From the NCBI GenBank assembly GCA_934120635.1, contig CAKOUR010000003.1, positions 29,203 to 93,202 on the forward strand: a DNA stretch of 64,000 nt, in the 5' to 3' direction. Below are positions 46,330 to 57,524 of this stretch, in pieces; the stretch's first letter is position 1; each line of letters begins with the position of its first letter. Source of the stretch: an uncultured Bacilli bacterium (GTDB lineage Bacteria; Bacillota_I; Bacilli_A; RF39; UBA660). The notes beneath the pieces were generated by a model. It had not been told where the DNA came from. It was given only the letters and a program-made list of their open reading frames with translations, and ran no database searches. Both the position numbers and the translations under genes were made by a program.

Positions 46330-47286
46330 TTAATCATCATCTCTAAAGTTAAGACCCATGCTTTTTACTTTATCGATAACTTCTTTTAATGATTTCTTTC
46401 CTAAGTTACGGATTTTCATCATTTCATTTTCACTCTTATCAACAAGATCATGTAATGTTAAAATACCAGCACGTTTTAAGCAGTTATATGCTCTAACACT
46501 TAAATCTAAGTCATCAATAGAAGTTTCTAATGCTTTTTGATTAGGATCTTCTGCTTTAGAACTCATTAATCCTGTTTCATCAGCAATTTCATTTAAATCT
46601 GCTAAAATATTAAAGTGCTCAATTAAAATTCTACTTGCTAGAGCAACAGATTCTTCTGGAGTGATTGATCCATTTGTCCATACTTCTAAGATTAATTTGT
46701 CATAGTTATTATCTTGTCCAACACGAGCGTTTTCTACTTCATAATTGATTCTTTCGATAGGAGAAAATAGACTGTCAATAAATATTGTGTTTTGTTTTGC
46801 TCCTTCGCCATATAAAGTTTTGTTTTCTTCTGCTCTATTGTATCCTCTTCCATGACCAATTGTCATTTCCATATCGATACTAGCACCTTCTGCTAGAGTG
46901 CAAATTAATTGATCTGGATTTAAAATTTCGATATCTGTATCAGCTTCAATATCTCTAGCATATACTTCTCCTTCAGTATTTTTATGAATTCTTAAAATAT
47001 AGTCATAATTATCAGAATGATTTTTAATTACAACGCTTTTTAAATTTAAAACGATTGCTGTTACATCTTCAATTACGCCATCAATTTTTTGAAATTCATG
47101 GGCAACACCTTCGATTTTTACGCTAGTGATTGCATCTCCTGGTAAACTTGATAACATTACTCTTCTAAGGGCATTTCCTAGAGTTGTACCAAATCCTCTT
47201 TCTAAGGGTTCAATTTCAAATTTACCATAATTGTCGCTTTCAACATATTCTTTTACTTTATAATCAGGTTTTTCAAATTTTAACAT
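46330..47286 (-). CDS. rpoA: DNA-directed RNA polymerase alpha subunit
   Basis: 318 aa; alpha-NTD plus alpha-CTD (LDLSVRAYNCLKRAGI). Confidence 0.97.
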   Translation of the reverse strand: MLKFEKPDYKVKEYVESDNYGKFEIEPLERGFGTTLGNALRRVMLSSLPGDAITSVKIEGVAHEFQKIDGVIEDVTAIVLNLKSVVIKNHSDNYDYILRIHKNTEGEVYARDIEADTDIEILNPDQLICTLAEGASIDMEMTIGHGRGYNRAEENKTLYGEGAKQNTIFIDSLFSPIERINYEVENARVGQDNNYDKLILEVWTNGSITPEESVALASRILIEHFNILADLNEIADETGLMSSKAEDPNQKALETSIDDLDLSVRAYNCLKRAGILTLHDLVDKSENEMMKIRNLGKKSLKEVIDKVKSMGLNFRDDD

Positions 47287-47315
47287 TTAAAACACTCTCC
47301 TTTACTTATTTTATC

Positions 47316-47708
47316 TTATCCACGACGTTTTTTTGGTGGACGACAACCATTATGTGGAATTGGTGTTTCATCAGTAATTTTCGTTACTTTTAAACCTGTA
47401 GCTTGTAATGAACGAATTGCCATTTCACGACCAGCACCTAATCCTTTTACTACAACTTCAACTTCTTTCATTCCCATTTCTACTGCTTTAGCTCCTGCAA
47501 TTTCTGCACTTTTACCAGCAGCATATGGAGTAGATTTTTTACTTCCTTTAATTCCTTGTGTACCACTTGATGCCCAACATAAAGCATTTCCTTCTTTATC
47601 TGTAACTGTTACTACAGTATTATTAAATGTTGATTGAATATGTACAACACCTGATGGAACATTCTTCTTTACTTTACGTTTTCTTGCATTATATTTTCCA
47701 TTTGCCAT
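47316..47708 (-). CDS. rpsK: 30S ribosomal protein S11
   Basis: 130 aa; conserved S11 sequence and operon position. Confidence 0.96.
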   Translation of the reverse strand: MANGKYNARKRKVKKNVPSGVVHIQSTFNNTVVTVTDKEGNALCWASSGTQGIKGSKKSTPYAAGKSAEIAGAKAVEMGMKEVEVVVKGLGAGREMAIRSLQATGLKVTKITDETPIPHNGCRPPKKRRG

Positions 47709-47726
47709 AAAAGATTCCCTCCTTCA

Positions 47727-48092
47727 TTATTTCTTCTTATTAGCAACTACTTTACCTTTACCTTTACGAGTTCTTGCGTTTCTTGATGTTCTTTGTCCTC
47801 TTACTGGTAGGCCTTTGATGTGTCTTTTTCCACGATAGCATCCAATTTCTTTTAAGTTTTTAATACTTAAAGCAACTTCTCTTCTTAAGTCACCTTCTAC
47901 TGGATATTTATCGATTTCTTTTCTAATTGCTGCTAATTCTTCATCTGTTAAGTCTTTTGCTTTTTTATTTAAATCAACATTAGCATCATTTAAAATTGTT
48001 TTTGCTAATTGTCTTCCAATCCCATAAATATAAGTTAATGATACTTCAATTCTTTTTTCATTAGGGATATCAACGCCTTTAATACGTGCCAT
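47727..48092 (-). CDS. rpsM: 30S ribosomal protein S13
   Basis: 121 aa; [14 protein letters not shown]... Confidence 0.96.
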   Translation of the reverse strand: MARIKGVDIPNEKRIEVSLTYIYGIGRQLAKTILNDANVDLNKKAKDLTDEELAAIRKEIDKYPVEGDLRREVALSIKNLKEIGCYRGKRHIKGLPVRGQRTSRNARTRKGKGKVVANKKK

Positions 48093-48108
48093 TTAAAATT
48101 ACCTCCTA

Positions 48109-48222
48109 TTATCCTTGCTTTTGCTTATGTTTTGGATTTTCACAAATAACCATAAGCTTTCCATTTCTTTTAATAATTTTGCATTTATCACAAATAGGTT
48201 TTACTGACGCTCTTACTTTCAT
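48109..48222 (-). CDS. rpmJ: 50S ribosomal protein L36
   Basis: Own translation [37 protein letters not shown]; too short for the ORF track. Confidence 0.93.
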   Translation of the reverse strand: MKVRASVKPICDKCKIIKRNGKLMVICENPKHKQKQG

Positions 48223-48233
48223 AATTCTTCCTC

Positions 48234-48452
48234 CTATTTTTTATTATAGATTATACGCCCATGTGTTAAGTCGTAAGGTGACAATTCTATAACAACGGTA
48301 TCACCTGGTAAGATACGTATATTGTTTACGCGCATTTTACCAGAAACATGGGCTACTACCTCGTGTCCTCCATCAAGTACAACCTTGAATTTACCACCGG
48401 GTATTAAATCTACTACCTTTCCTTGAGTTTCGATAACATCACTTTTACTCAA
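48234..48452 (-). CDS. infA: Translation initiation factor IF-1
   Basis: [40 protein letters not shown]; likely TTG start at 48452, 9 nt after AGGAG (the track ATG directly abuts the SD). Confidence 0.92.
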   Translation of the reverse strand: MSKSDVIETQGKVVDLIPGGKFKVVLDGGHEVVAHVSGKMRVNNIRILPGDTVVIELSPYDLTHGRIIYNKK

Positions 48453-48510
48453 AATAATCATCTCCTGTTAATTATTTATCACCTATATTTAAGTAATATT
48501 TATTTATTTT

Positions 48511-48539
48511 AAGTAAAGTACTGATTCAGTATTTTACTT
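48511..48539. repeat. 29-bp near-perfect palindrome containing the recurrent AAAGTACTGATTCAGTATTTT motif
   Basis: AAGTAAAGTACTGA T TCAGTATTTTACTT (13 of 14 arm positions pair) in the adk-infA spacer; related copies at 45908-45930 and 59769-59780. Confidence 0.6.
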
Positions 48540-48556
48540 AAAACTTTTATCTTTGT

Positions 48557-49219
48557 TTAATTATTTTCTAATATCTTTTTTATTTTATTAAAAATATCTT
48601 CAGCAGAATCTGACCCGCCTACTATAATATCTTTCAAAATTCCCTTTTCTCTATAGTAATCAATAATTGGTGTTGCTTCTTTTACGTAAGTAACAAACCT
48701 TGCATTAAAAGTCTCTTCACTATCATCACTACGAGTAGCTAAGGTATGTCCACATTTATCACAAAAACCATCAATTTTTGGTGATAAAGCAGGAACGCTT
48801 TTGTTATAACTAGCTCCACAACTAGAACAAATTAATCGATCTAACGAACGCTTTAAGGCTAAATTTTGGTCAATATCCATATGAATAACTATTCCTTCGT
48901 CTAATCCCTGCTCTTTCATTAAATTTTCATAAACTTTTGCTTGTTCTAAAGTTCTAGGGAAGCCATCTAAGATATAACCATTATTGCAATCTACTTGTTG
49001 GATACGATTTCTTAATAAATTCACAATTACATCATCTGAAATTAATCCACCTTGATCCATAATGCTTTTTAAGTATTCTCCCATACTACTTCCACTGGAA
49101 ACTTCATCACGAAGTAAATCTCCAGTTGAGATATGAGGAATATTATATAAAGCACTAATCATTTTTGATTGTGTTCCCTTCCCTGCTGCAGGAGGGGCGA
49201 TTAATATAATATTCTTCAT
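48557..49219 (-). CDS. adk: Adenylate kinase (zinc-lid type)
   Basis: P-loop PPAAGKGTQ; lid CSSCG...CDKCG. Confidence 0.96.
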   Translation of the reverse strand: MKNIILIAPPAAGKGTQSKMISALYNIPHISTGDLLRDEVSSGSSMGEYLKSIMDQGGLISDDVIVNLLRNRIQQVDCNNGYILDGFPRTLEQAKVYENLMKEQGLDEGIVIHMDIDQNLALKRSLDRLICSSCGASYNKSVPALSPKIDGFCDKCGHTLATRSDDSEETFNARFVTYVKEATPIIDYYREKGILKDIIVGGSDSAEDIFNKIKKILENN

Positions 49220-50481
49220 AGACTTTTCCTTCTTTTATTGTAACTTCTATTGACAAGACTGCTTTCTAATTGACGCATTGTCTCTAAGGCAACACCTACA
49301 ATAATTAATATACTAGTTCCACCTACACTTACACTAGTTGGTAAGTTTGTACTCATGAAGCTTGATACAACAATAGGAAGTCCTGCAATAACACAGATGA
49401 ATATTGCTCCTATTAGTGTGATTCTACTAAGTACTGTTTTAATATAACTAATTGTTTCTTTTCCTGGACGAACACCTGGGATATATCCACCCTGTCTAGA
49501 TAAATTTTTAGATAATTCTTCTGGATTAACTTGGATAAATGTATATAAGAAACTAAATGCAAAAATTAAAACTAAGTAAACAATAAAACCAGTTGGTGTT
49601 GTATAAGTTACATATTTTTTTACAAATGTTACAAATCCATTTTCACTTTTCATTAAATTAGCAATAAATGTTGGTACCGTAAAGATTACTGATGCAAAGA
49701 TTACTGGCATAACGTTTGCTGAATTTAATTTAAATGGAATATAGTTTTGTTTTGCTCCATAAGAGGAGTTTGTTTGATTAGAATACTGAATAGGAATTCT
49801 TCTTTCTGAATTTTCGATAAATACAACGGCTATGATTATTGCAATATAAACTGCAATAAATAAGATAAATTCTAATATTCCAAGGAATAAACTCGAATTA
49901 TCTAAAATTAATGTTTTAAATGTATCGACGAAAGTTTTTGGAATGGTAGATAAAATACCTGCCATAATAAGAAGCGATATTCCATTTCCTAATCCTTTTT
50001 GTGTGATTTGATCTCCTAACCATAATAGAAAAGCTGTACCTGCAGTTAATATTACTGTTATTCTTAAATAATCGATTGCCGTTGCATCTTTTACTAGAGC
50101 AAAAGACATGGCAAATCCTTCAATAAAAGCAATAATAATTCCAAGATAACGATTAATTTGATTAATCTTTTGACGTCCTGCTGCACCACTTTCTTTTAAT
50201 TCTGTAAAATATGGTAGAATATCCATTTGTAATAAACTAGTAATAATTGTTGCTGAGATATAAGGCATAACCCCTAAAGCAAAGATAGAAAATTGCTTTA
50301 GTGAGCCTCCAGTGATTGCATTTGCTAAATCACCAAAATCTACATTCTTTAGAGAAGTTACTCCAGGAACTGGAATCGTTGTTCCAACGATAAAAATAAA
50401 TAAACAAAGTAATGTAAATCCTAATCTCTTTCTAATATCTTTATTCTTAGGACTAAATATTAGCTTAAGATTTTTAAACAT
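49216..50481 (-). CDS. secY: Preprotein translocase subunit SecY
   Basis: 421 aa, 10-TM pattern, conserved SecY sequence and operon position. Confidence 0.96.
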   Translation of the reverse strand: MFKNLKLIFSPKNKDIRKRLGFTLLCLFIFIVGTTIPVPGVTSLKNVDFGDLANAITGGSLKQFSIFALGVMPYISATIITSLLQMDILPYFTELKESGAAGRQKINQINRYLGIIIAFIEGFAMSFALVKDATAIDYLRITVILTAGTAFLLWLGDQITQKGLGNGISLLIMAGILSTIPKTFVDTFKTLILDNSSLFLGILEFILFIAVYIAIIIAVVFIENSERRIPIQYSNQTNSSYGAKQNYIPFKLNSANVMPVIFASVIFTVPTFIANLMKSENGFVTFVKKYVTYTTPTGFIVYLVLIFAFSFLYTFIQVNPEELSKNLSRQGGYIPGVRPGKETISYIKTVLSRITLIGAIFICVIAGLPIVVSSFMSTNLPTSVSVGGTSILIIVGVALETMRQLESSLVNRSYNKRRKSL

Positions 50482-50482
50482 A

Positions 50483-50920
50483 TTAGATCACCTCGATTGT
50501 TCCGCCAACGCTTTCAATCTTTGTTTTTGCTGTTTTTGAGAAACTTGTTGCTTTAACTGTTAATTTTTTAGTTAATTCACCGTTTCCTAAAATTTTAACG
50601 CCATCTAATTGCTTTTTTAATAAACCAGTTTCAATTAATAATTCTGGTGTAACTACTGTACCATCTTCGAAACGATTTAAATCGCTTACATTAACTGTTG
50701 CATATACAGTAGCAAATCTAGTATTGTTGAATCCTCTTTTTCCTAATCTTCTGAATAGTGGTAATTGTCCACCTTCAAATCCTACTCTTACTCCGCCGCC
50801 TGATCTAGCGTTTTGTCCTTTTTCACCTTTACCAGCAGTTTTTGAATATTTTCCACCACGACCAATTCTCTTACGAGATTGTTTTGAACCGTATGCTGGA
50901 CTTAAGTTTTCTAATTTCAT
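50483..50920 (-). CDS. rplO: 50S ribosomal protein L15
   Basis: 145 aa; [23 protein letters not shown]. Confidence 0.95.
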   Translation of the reverse strand: MKLENLSPAYGSKQSRKRIGRGGKYSKTAGKGEKGQNARSGGGVRVGFEGGQLPLFRRLGKRGFNNTRFATVYATVNVSDLNRFEDGTVVTPELLIETGLLKKQLDGVKILGNGELTKKLTVKATSFSKTAKTKIESVGGTIEVI

Positions 50921-51540
50921 TATCCTCTGATCTCCTCTATTGTTTTTCCTCTTAACTCAGCAACGTGAGATGGGCTTTTTTGTTCAGCAAGTGCTCTTAG
51001 AGTTGCACGAGCCATATTAATTTTAGTACTTGATCCAAGGCTTTTAGAAAGGACATCTTTAACACCAGCTAATTCTAATACATCACGAACAGGTCCGCCA
51101 GCTTTTACTCCAGTACCTTCTGTTGCAGGTTTTAACATTACACGAACTGCTCCTTCTTTAGTGATGATTTCGTGAGAAATAGTACGATTATCGATTAATT
51201 CAACATTGATTAGATTTCTTGATGCTGCTTGAGTTGCTTTTTTTACAGCATCTGGCATTTCTTTGGCTTTACCAACACCAATACCAACTTTTCCTTTTCT
51301 GTTTCCTACTACAACAGTGGCAGAGAAACGGAATTGACGACCACCTTTAACAACTTTAGTAACACGTTTAATATCGATTACTTTATCTTCTAAATCTGTT
51401 TTTGGTTTAGAAAAATTATTGTTACGACGAGGACGTCTATTATTATTGTTGTTACGTCTAAATTCTTTTTTACCAGTTTCAGATGAAGAAGTATTTTCTT
51501 CTGTTGTAACAACTTCTTTCTTAACGTTTTCTTCGTTCAT
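50920..51540 (-). CDS. rpsE: 30S ribosomal protein S5 with N-terminal extension
   Basis: Conserved core from [20 protein letters not shown] onward; preceded by about 40 extra N/R/E-rich residues; its stop overlaps the rplO ATG by 1 nt. Confidence 0.95.
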   Translation of the reverse strand: MNEENVKKEVVTTEENTSSSETGKKEFRRNNNNNRRPRRNNNFSKPKTDLEDKVIDIKRVTKVVKGGRQFRFSATVVVGNRKGKVGIGVGKAKEMPDAVKKATQAASRNLINVELIDNRTISHEIITKEGAVRVMLKPATEGTGVKAGGPVRDVLELAGVKDVLSKSLGSSTKINMARATLRALAEQKSPSHVAELRGKTIEEIRG

Positions 51541-51555
51541 TAGTTATCCTCCTTA

Positions 51556-51918
51556 TTAGAATTCTAAGCCGTTTTCACGTGCTGCTTCTGCTAAAGCTTT
51601 TACACGTCCATGATATAAGTATCCACCTCTATCAAAAACAACTTCTTTAATATTTGCTTTATTTGCTCTTTTAGCAATTTCAGCTCCAATGATTTTAGCT
51701 GCTTCTACATTTCCACCATTTTTAAGGTTTAATTCTTTTTCAAGACTAGAAGCACTAACTAATGTTACGCCTTTTTCATCATCGATGATTTGAGCAGTAA
51801 TGTTTGCGTTTGAACGAAAGACATTTAATCTTGGACGAGTACTAGTACCAGCAAGATTTTCACGAATTCTTGAATGTCTTTCTTTACGCATATCATTTCT
51901 TGAAACTTTACTTATCAT
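51556..51918 (-). CDS. rplR: 50S ribosomal protein L18
   Basis: 120 aa; conserved L18 sequence and operon order. Confidence 0.95.
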   Translation of the reverse strand: MISKVSRNDMRKERHSRIRENLAGTSTRPRLNVFRSNANITAQIIDDEKGVTLVSASSLEKELNLKNGGNVEAAKIIGAEIAKRANKANIKEVVFDRGGYLYHGRVKALAEAARENGLEF

Positions 51919-51942
51919 ACGAATTAGTCTCCTTTACTTTAT

Positions 51943-52482
51943 TTATTTAGATGCTTTCTTTCCTTCTTTACGACGGATATGTTCACCAACATAATGAATT
52001 CCTTTACCTTTATATGGTTCAGGTTTTCTTAATTCACGAATTTCTGCCGCAAATTTTCCAAGAGCGCATTTATCAATTCCGGATAATTCGATTTCAGTAT
52101 TGCTAATTTGTTTTACTTCAATACCTTCTGGAATATCTACATTATCTAAATGAGATTTACCATCTTGAACAGTTAATACTTTTCCTTTTACTGTAAAACG
52201 ATAACCAACACCAACAATCTCTAATCCTTTTGTATAACCTTCTGTTACACCAATTAACATATTTCTAATATTTGCATTAGTAGTACCATGCATTTCATTA
52301 GTATGTTTTAAATTATTTAATACTTCAACAGCAATTTCATTATCTTTAATGTTTACTTTAATGTTTTTATCAATTACTAAAGATAATTCTCCTTTAGGTC
52401 CTTTTACTGTTAAATTTTGTCCATTTAATTCTACATTAACTTTTTCTGGTATTGTTAAAATTCTTTTTCCAATACGACTCAT
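51943..52482 (-). CDS. rplF: 50S ribosomal protein L6
   Basis: 179 aa; MSRIGKRILTIPEKV... Confidence 0.95.
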   Translation of the reverse strand: MSRIGKRILTIPEKVNVELNGQNLTVKGPKGELSLVIDKNIKVNIKDNEIAVEVLNNLKHTNEMHGTTNANIRNMLIGVTEGYTKGLEIVGVGYRFTVKGKVLTVQDGKSHLDNVDIPEGIEVKQISNTEIELSGIDKCALGKFAAEIRELRKPEPYKGKGIHYVGEHIRRKEGKKASK

Positions 52483-52500
52483 AGCAACCTCCTTTTGGGC

Positions 52501-52893
52501 TTACCAAATGTAAGCAATTACCTCTCCACCAACATTATTTTTTCTTGCAAGCTTATCTGTCATTACACCTTTAGATGTTGAAATAATAGCTATTCCAAGT
52601 CCGTTTAATACTTTAGGAATATTATTTGCCTCAGCATATACACGAAGACCTGGTTTTGAAATTCTCTTTAAGCCAGTGATTACTCTTTCTTTATTTTTAC
52701 CATATTTTAAAGTCAATGTTAAGATATTTTGAACATCATTTTTTTCAATACTAAAATCAGTAATGAAACCTTCATCTTTTAAAATAGATGCAATTGTCTC
52801 TTTCATTTTAGAAGATGGCATTGACACTTCTTTTGCATGATTTTGGTTTGCATTACGAATACGTGTTAGCATATCTGCGATTGGATCTGTCAT
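52501..52893 (-). CDS. rpsH: 30S ribosomal protein S8
   Basis: 130 aa; [15 protein letters not shown]. Confidence 0.96.
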   Translation of the reverse strand: MTDPIADMLTRIRNANQNHAKEVSMPSSKMKETIASILKDEGFITDFSIEKNDVQNILTLTLKYGKNKERVITGLKRISKPGLRVYAEANNIPKVLNGLGIAIISTSKGVMTDKLARKNNVGGEVIAYIW

Positions 52894-52924
52894 TAAAATC
52901 CCTCCTTCTTTTATTCAAATTGGA

Positions 52925-53110
52925 TTACCAACTAGATTTTTTTACACCTGGTATTTGTCCTTTATACGCTAATTCTCTAAAACAAATACGGCAAATACCA
53001 AACTTACTCATTACAGCGTGTGGTCTTCCACAACGAGAACAACGAGTATATTCTCTTACTTTATATTTTTGTGGTCTAGATTGTTTTACAACCATTGATT
53101 TTCTTGCCAT
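52925..53110 (-). CDS. rpsN: 30S ribosomal protein S14, short zinc-ribbon (type Z) form
   Basis: 61 aa; [10 protein letters not shown]...CRICFRE. Confidence 0.95.
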   Translation of the reverse strand: MARKSMVVKQSRPQKYKVREYTRCSRCGRPHAVMSKFGICRICFRELAYKGQIPGVKKSSW

Positions 53111-53121
53111 GTTTTTCCTCC

Positions 53122-53661
53122 TTATTTCCTAAAAGGAACTCCAAGTTCTTTTAATAAATCATAAGCTTCTTCATTTGTTTTTGCGGTAGTAACAATAACA
53201 ATATCCATACCTCTTACTTTTGTTACTTCATCAAAGTTAATTTCAGGGAAAATTAATTGTTCTTTAATTCCAATTGTATAATTTCCTCTTCCATCAAAAC
53301 TTCTTGAAGATAATCCTCTGAAGTCTCTTACCATAGGTAAGCTGATTGAAATTAACTTATCAAGGAATGTATACATTTTATCTCCTCTTAAAGTAACTTT
53401 GCAGCCAATTTTGTTTCCTTCTCTTAATTTAAATGAAGAAATTGATTTTTTAGCAGTTGTTTCAATAGGTTTTTGACCAGTAATTTTCTCTAAATCTTCA
53501 AGAGCTGCTTCTAATAATTTAGAATTCGATAAAGCATCTCCTACACCCATATTTACAACGATTTTATCAATTTTAGGTACTAGCATTACTGTGCTATAAC
53601 CACGCTTAGACATTAAACTTGGAACAACTTCATTTCTATATTTTTCTTCTAGGCGGTTCAT
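53122..53661 (-). CDS. rplE: 50S ribosomal protein L5
   Basis: 179 aa; conserved L5 sequence and operon order. Confidence 0.96.
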   Translation of the reverse strand: MNRLEEKYRNEVVPSLMSKRGYSTVMLVPKIDKIVVNMGVGDALSNSKLLEAALEDLEKITGQKPIETTAKKSISSFKLREGNKIGCKVTLRGDKMYTFLDKLISISLPMVRDFRGLSSRSFDGRGNYTIGIKEQLIFPEINFDEVTKVRGMDIVIVTTAKTNEEAYDLLKELGVPFRK

Positions 53662-53699
53662 TTGAAATCCACCCTCCTTCCAAAACGTTTATCGCGATT

Positions 53700-53945
53700 T
53701 TATTTTTCTTTTTTATTTTTTGATTTTTCTTTTACTTCTTCTAATTTTACATTTGAACGATGAATAGGAGCTTCTGTTTCTCTAATTTCTCCTGTACCGT
53801 TGTTGTATTTAGGCTTGATATGCTTTTTTACAATATTTACACCTTCAACGATTACTTTATCATCAACTACTTTTAAAACTTTACCAGTTTTTCCTTTGTT
53901 TGCACCTGCAATAACAGTAACTTTATCACCAGTTTTTAATTTCAT
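53700..53945 (-). CDS. rplX: 50S ribosomal protein L24
   Basis: [26 protein letters not shown]; start at ATG 53945, 7 nt after AGGAGG. Confidence 0.93.
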   Translation of the reverse strand: MKLKTGDKVTVIAGANKGKTGKVLKVVDDKVIVEGVNIVKKHIKPKYNNGTGEIRETEAPIHRSNVKLEEVKEKSKNKKEK

Positions 53946-54043
53946 GAATATCCCTCCTAACATTTATAAATGTATTGTTTCTTTCGTTAAAATACTTAAA
54001 AGTTTTGAATCTTTAAATTATAGTGTCAAACCCAAGAAGTATT

Positions 54044-54412
54044 TTATAGTACATCTTTCGCTAAACTTACGATTTTCATGAAACCTTTTTCTCTAAGTTC
54101 ACGAGCTACTGGGCCTAAAACACGAGTTCCTACTGGGCTTTTGTCATCTTTAATAATTACGCAAGCATTATCATCAAATTTGATATAACTTCCATCTTCT
54201 CTTCTTACACCAAATTTTGATCTAACAATAACTGCCTTTACAACTTTTCCTTTTCCAATATTTCCATTAGGAGTTGCTTTTTTTACAGTTCCTACAACAA
54301 TATCTCCAATATTCCCAGTTTTTACTTTACTTCCTCCAAGAACTCTAATTACTAATAATTCACGAGCTCCACAGTTATCAGCCACTTTTAAACGGCTTTC
54401 TTGTTGTATCAT
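54044..54412 (-). CDS. rplN: 50S ribosomal protein L14
   Basis: 122 aa; [16 protein letters not shown]. Confidence 0.97.
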   Translation of the reverse strand: MIQQESRLKVADNCGARELLVIRVLGGSKVKTGNIGDIVVGTVKKATPNGNIGKGKVVKAVIVRSKFGVRREDGSYIKFDDNACVIIKDDKSPVGTRVLGPVARELREKGFMKIVSLAKDVL

Positions 54413-54439
54413 TTAAATTCCTCCTTCCAACAAAAGAGA

Positions 54440-54700
54440 TTATAATATAACAGCTTTTTCAATAATTTCTGCTAACTCATATCTTTTGGTTTTTGATAAT
54501 GGTCTAGTCATAACAAGTCTTACCTTGTCACCAACGTGTGCTTGATTTTCCTCGTCATGAGCAGCAAACTTTTTAGAATGTTTTACTCTTTTTCCGTAGA
54601 TTGGATCTTTTCTAAAGTAATCTACTCTGACTGTGATTGTCTTATCTGCCTTATCACTTACAACTGTACCAATTAATTCTTGTTTTTTTCTTTCGTTCAT
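54440..54700 (-). CDS. rpsQ: 30S ribosomal protein S17
   Basis: 86 aa; conserved S17 OB fold and operon order. Confidence 0.95.
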   Translation of the reverse strand: MNERKKQELIGTVVSDKADKTITVRVDYFRKDPIYGKRVKHSKKFAAHDEENQAHVGDKVRLVMTRPLSKTKRYELAEIIEKAVIL

Positions 54701-54717
54701 AAGGACTATACCTCCTC

Positions 54718-54924
54718 TTAATTTTCTATTTTACGACTATTTAGAATTGTTTTAAGTCTAGCAACATCTTTTCTAAGTTCAGGAATGCGTGCTGGGTTTT
54801 CCAAAGTACCTGTTGCTTGTTTCATTCTTAATTTTAGCAATTCTTCTTTTGCATCTTTAATTTTCTTATTAATCTCTTCAGTGGTTAAATTTTGAAATTC
54901 TTTCATTTTGTCTTTATGCTTCAT
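54718..54924 (-). CDS. rpmC: 50S ribosomal protein L29
   Basis: [25 protein letters not shown]; start uncertain (ATG 54924 follows GGTGAT; ATG 54906 is also possible). Confidence 0.9.
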   Translation of the reverse strand: MKHKDKMKEFQNLTTEEINKKIKDAKEELLKLRMKQATGTLENPARIPELRKDVARLKTILNSRKIEN

Positions 54925-55345
54925 TCTTATCACCACTTTCTTCTTTCTTTACAAATTTACATTTGATTGGAAGTTTATGAGAGGCAAGTCTTAAAGCTTC
55001 TCTTGCAACATCTTCTGTAACTTCGTCAATTTCAAACATAATTTTTCCTTCTTTAACAACAGCAACCCAAACTTCTGGTTCACCTTTACCTTTACCTTGA
55101 CGAGTTTCAAGAGGTTTTTTTGTTAAAGATAGATTTGGGAATATATTTACCCATACTTTTCCGCCACGTTTCATATATCTTGTCATTGCAACACGAGCTG
55201 CTTCGATTTGATTTGCTGTAATCCAAGCTCCTTCTTTGGCCATTAATCCATATTTACCAAAGTGAAGTTCTGTATTACCACGTGATTTTCCTTCGTATTT
55301 TAAACGGAAAGTTTTTCTATGTTTAGTTCTTTTTGGCATTAACAT
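54914..55345 (-). CDS. rplP: 50S ribosomal protein L16
   Basis: 143 aa; [11 protein letters not shown]. Confidence 0.96.
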   Translation of the reverse strand: MLMPKRTKHRKTFRLKYEGKSRGNTELHFGKYGLMAKEGAWITANQIEAARVAMTRYMKRGGKVWVNIFPNLSLTKKPLETRQGKGKGEPEVWVAVVKEGKIMFEIDEVTEDVAREALRLASHKLPIKCKFVKKEESGDKNEA

Positions 55346-55997
55346 GAGAATTACCTCCCTTATTATCTTTATCTAAGATTTCACCTTTATAAATCCAAAC
55401 CTTTACGCCAATCTTACCATAAGTAGTATCAGCTTCAGCAGTAGCATAATCGATATTTGCTCTTAGGGTATGCAAAGGAATTGTTCCTTCTGAATATCCT
55501 TCTCCACGAGCGATATCTGCTCCGCCTAATCTTCCAGATACAAGAGTTTTAATTCCTTTTGCACCTGCTTTCATTGTATTTCTAATTGCTTTCTTTTGAG
55601 CAACTCTGAACGATACACGATTTTCAATGTTGTGAGCAATTGTTTCTGCTACTAATTTTGCAATCATATCAGGATTTTTTACTTCAACAACAGAAATTTG
55701 CATATCTTCATTTACTAACTTAGAAAGTTCTTTCTTAACTTTTTCTATTTCTGCACCATTTTGACCAATTACTAGACCAGGTTTTGATACATACATAATT
55801 ACTTCTGCTCTTTTAGCATTTCTTTCGATTACGATTTGAGAAATACCAGCAGTTTTAAATTTCTTTTCTAAATATCTTCTGATTTTTACATCATTATTTA
55901 AATATTTAGAGAAATCTTTATTGTTAGCATACCATTTTGCATCCCAGTCTTTATTAATTCCAATTCTAAGTCCAATTGGGCTAACTTTTTGTCCCAT
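55323..55997 (-). CDS. rpsC: 30S ribosomal protein S3
   Basis: 224 aa; [14 protein letters not shown]. Confidence 0.97.
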   Translation of the reverse strand: MGQKVSPIGLRIGINKDWDAKWYANNKDFSKYLNNDVKIRRYLEKKFKTAGISQIVIERNAKRAEVIMYVSKPGLVIGQNGAEIEKVKKELSKLVNEDMQISVVEVKNPDMIAKLVAETIAHNIENRVSFRVAQKKAIRNTMKAGAKGIKTLVSGRLGGADIARGEGYSEGTIPLHTLRANIDYATAEADTTYGKIGVKVWIYKGEILDKDNKGGNSHVNAKKN

Positions 55998-56015
55998 CTA
56001 TGGTCCTCCTTTACT

Positions 56016-56357
56016 TTATTTTTCTGCTACAATCACTGTAATGTGACTTGTTTTATGATCATTTCTTCCAACGTGTCCGCGTGAATCCATTTTTGCTCTT
56101 TTTAGAACCATACCTTCATCAACGAAACAAGTTTTAACATATAAATTTTCTTCATTCATATTATAATTATTCACTGCATTTGCAACACTAGAGTTTAATA
56201 CTTTTTCAATTACTCTAGCTGCGCGTTGTGGTTGATTAGCTAAAATGCTTCTAGCATCCATAACGCTTTTTCCTCTGATTAAATCAATGATTAATCTTGT
56301 TTTACGAGGGGCAATTCTTACAGTTTTTAAAACTGCTTTTGCTTCAGTATTTGCCAT
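56016..56357 (-). CDS. rplV: 50S ribosomal protein L22
   Basis: 113 aa; conserved L22 sequence and operon order. Confidence 0.95.
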   Translation of the reverse strand: MANTEAKAVLKTVRIAPRKTRLIIDLIRGKSVMDARSILANQPQRAARVIEKVLNSSVANAVNNYNMNEENLYVKTCFVDEGMVLKRAKMDSRGHVGRNDHKTSHITVIVAEK

Positions 56358-56383
56358 TCTTAGTTCCTCCTTACAACAGTTTT

Positions 56384-56653
56384 CTATTTCTTCTTATCTG
56401 CGCCGTGTCCACCAAATTTACGAGTCATAGAGAATTCTCCTAATTTATGTCCTACCATATCTTCAGTAACATAAACTGGAATGAATTCCTTACCATTATG
56501 TACTGCAAAAGTGTGTCCAATAAAATCAGGATAAATTGTTGAACGACGAGACCAAGTTTTAATTACTTCTTTTTTTCCAGATTCATTTAACTTTTTAACC
56601 TTATCTAATAATCTATCAAAGACATAAGGTCCTTTTTTTAAACTTCTTGCCAT
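56384..56653 (-). CDS. rpsS: 30S ribosomal protein S19
   Basis: 89 aa; [11 protein letters not shown]. Confidence 0.97.
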   Translation of the reverse strand: MARSLKKGPYVFDRLLDKVKKLNESGKKEVIKTWSRRSTIYPDFIGHTFAVHNGKEFIPVYVTEDMVGHKLGEFSMTRKFGGHGADKKK

Positions 56654-56675
56654 TTAAACTTTCAATCCTTTCTTT

Positions 56676-57506
56676 TTATTTCTTACGACGAGTCACGATA
56701 TATTTATCTGATTCTTTTTTATTTTTTCTAGTTTTATATCCTAGTGCTGGTTTACCCCATGGAGTCATTGGTCCACTTCTACCGATTGGAGCTCTACCTT
56801 CACCACCACCATGTGGGTGATCATTAGGGTTCATAACAGATCCACGTACAGTAGGTCTAAATCCTTTATATCTTGTACGACCTGCTTTACCAATTTTAAC
56901 AAGTCCAAAATCTTCATTTCCTACAACACCGATTGTTGCACGACAAGTTCCTAAGATTTTTCTTTGTTCACCACTAGCAAGTCTAATTAATACATACTTA
57001 CCTTCACGGCCTAAAATTTGAGCACTATTTCCAGCACTTCTAGCAAGTTGTCCACCTTTTCCAGGTCTTAATTCAATGTTATGAATTACAGTACCAACTG
57101 GAATATTCATGATTTCCATTGTATTACCAGTTTTTACATCAACTTTACTGCCTGATTCTACAACATCACCAACTTTTAGTCCTTTAGGAGCTAAAATGTA
57201 TGATTTTGTACCATCTTTATAAGTAATTAATGCAATGTTAGATGATCTATTTGGATCGTATTCAATTGCATTTACAATAGCAGTAATTCCATCTTTTGTT
57301 CTTTTAAAATCAATTAGACGATATTTTCTTTTTACACCGCCACCACGATGTCTTACTGTAATTTTTCCTTGGTTATTACGACCATTTGTTTTTTTCTTGG
57401 TTACAACTAAACTTTTTTCAGGAGTGGTCTTGGTAATTTCTTCATTTTTCAAAGTACTTTTTTGTCTTTGACCATTGGTAATTGCTTTATATACTTTTAT
57501 AGCCAT
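56676..57506 (-). CDS. rplB: 50S ribosomal protein L2
   Basis: 276 aa; [13 protein letters not shown]. Confidence 0.97.
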   Translation of the reverse strand: MAIKVYKAITNGQRQKSTLKNEEITKTTPEKSLVVTKKKTNGRNNQGKITVRHRGGGVKRKYRLIDFKRTKDGITAIVNAIEYDPNRSSNIALITYKDGTKSYILAPKGLKVGDVVESGSKVDVKTGNTMEIMNIPVGTVIHNIELRPGKGGQLARSAGNSAQILGREGKYVLIRLASGEQRKILGTCRATIGVVGNEDFGLVKIGKAGRTRYKGFRPTVRGSVMNPNDHPHGGGEGRAPIGRSGPMTPWGKPALGYKTRKNKKESDKYIVTRRKK

Positions 57507-57524
57507 TATAATTTTCCTCCTTTA

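Noticed and set aside
47308-47320. DnaA-box-like TTATCCACG near the rpsK stop
   Set aside because: This is a single imperfect box with no cluster and no dnaA or dnaN context, so it does not indicate an origin.
50918-50922. A hidden rpmD (L30) between rpsE and rplO
   Set aside because: The rpsE stop codon and the rplO start codon overlap by 1 nt, so there is no space. No alternative-frame L30-like ORF was seen.
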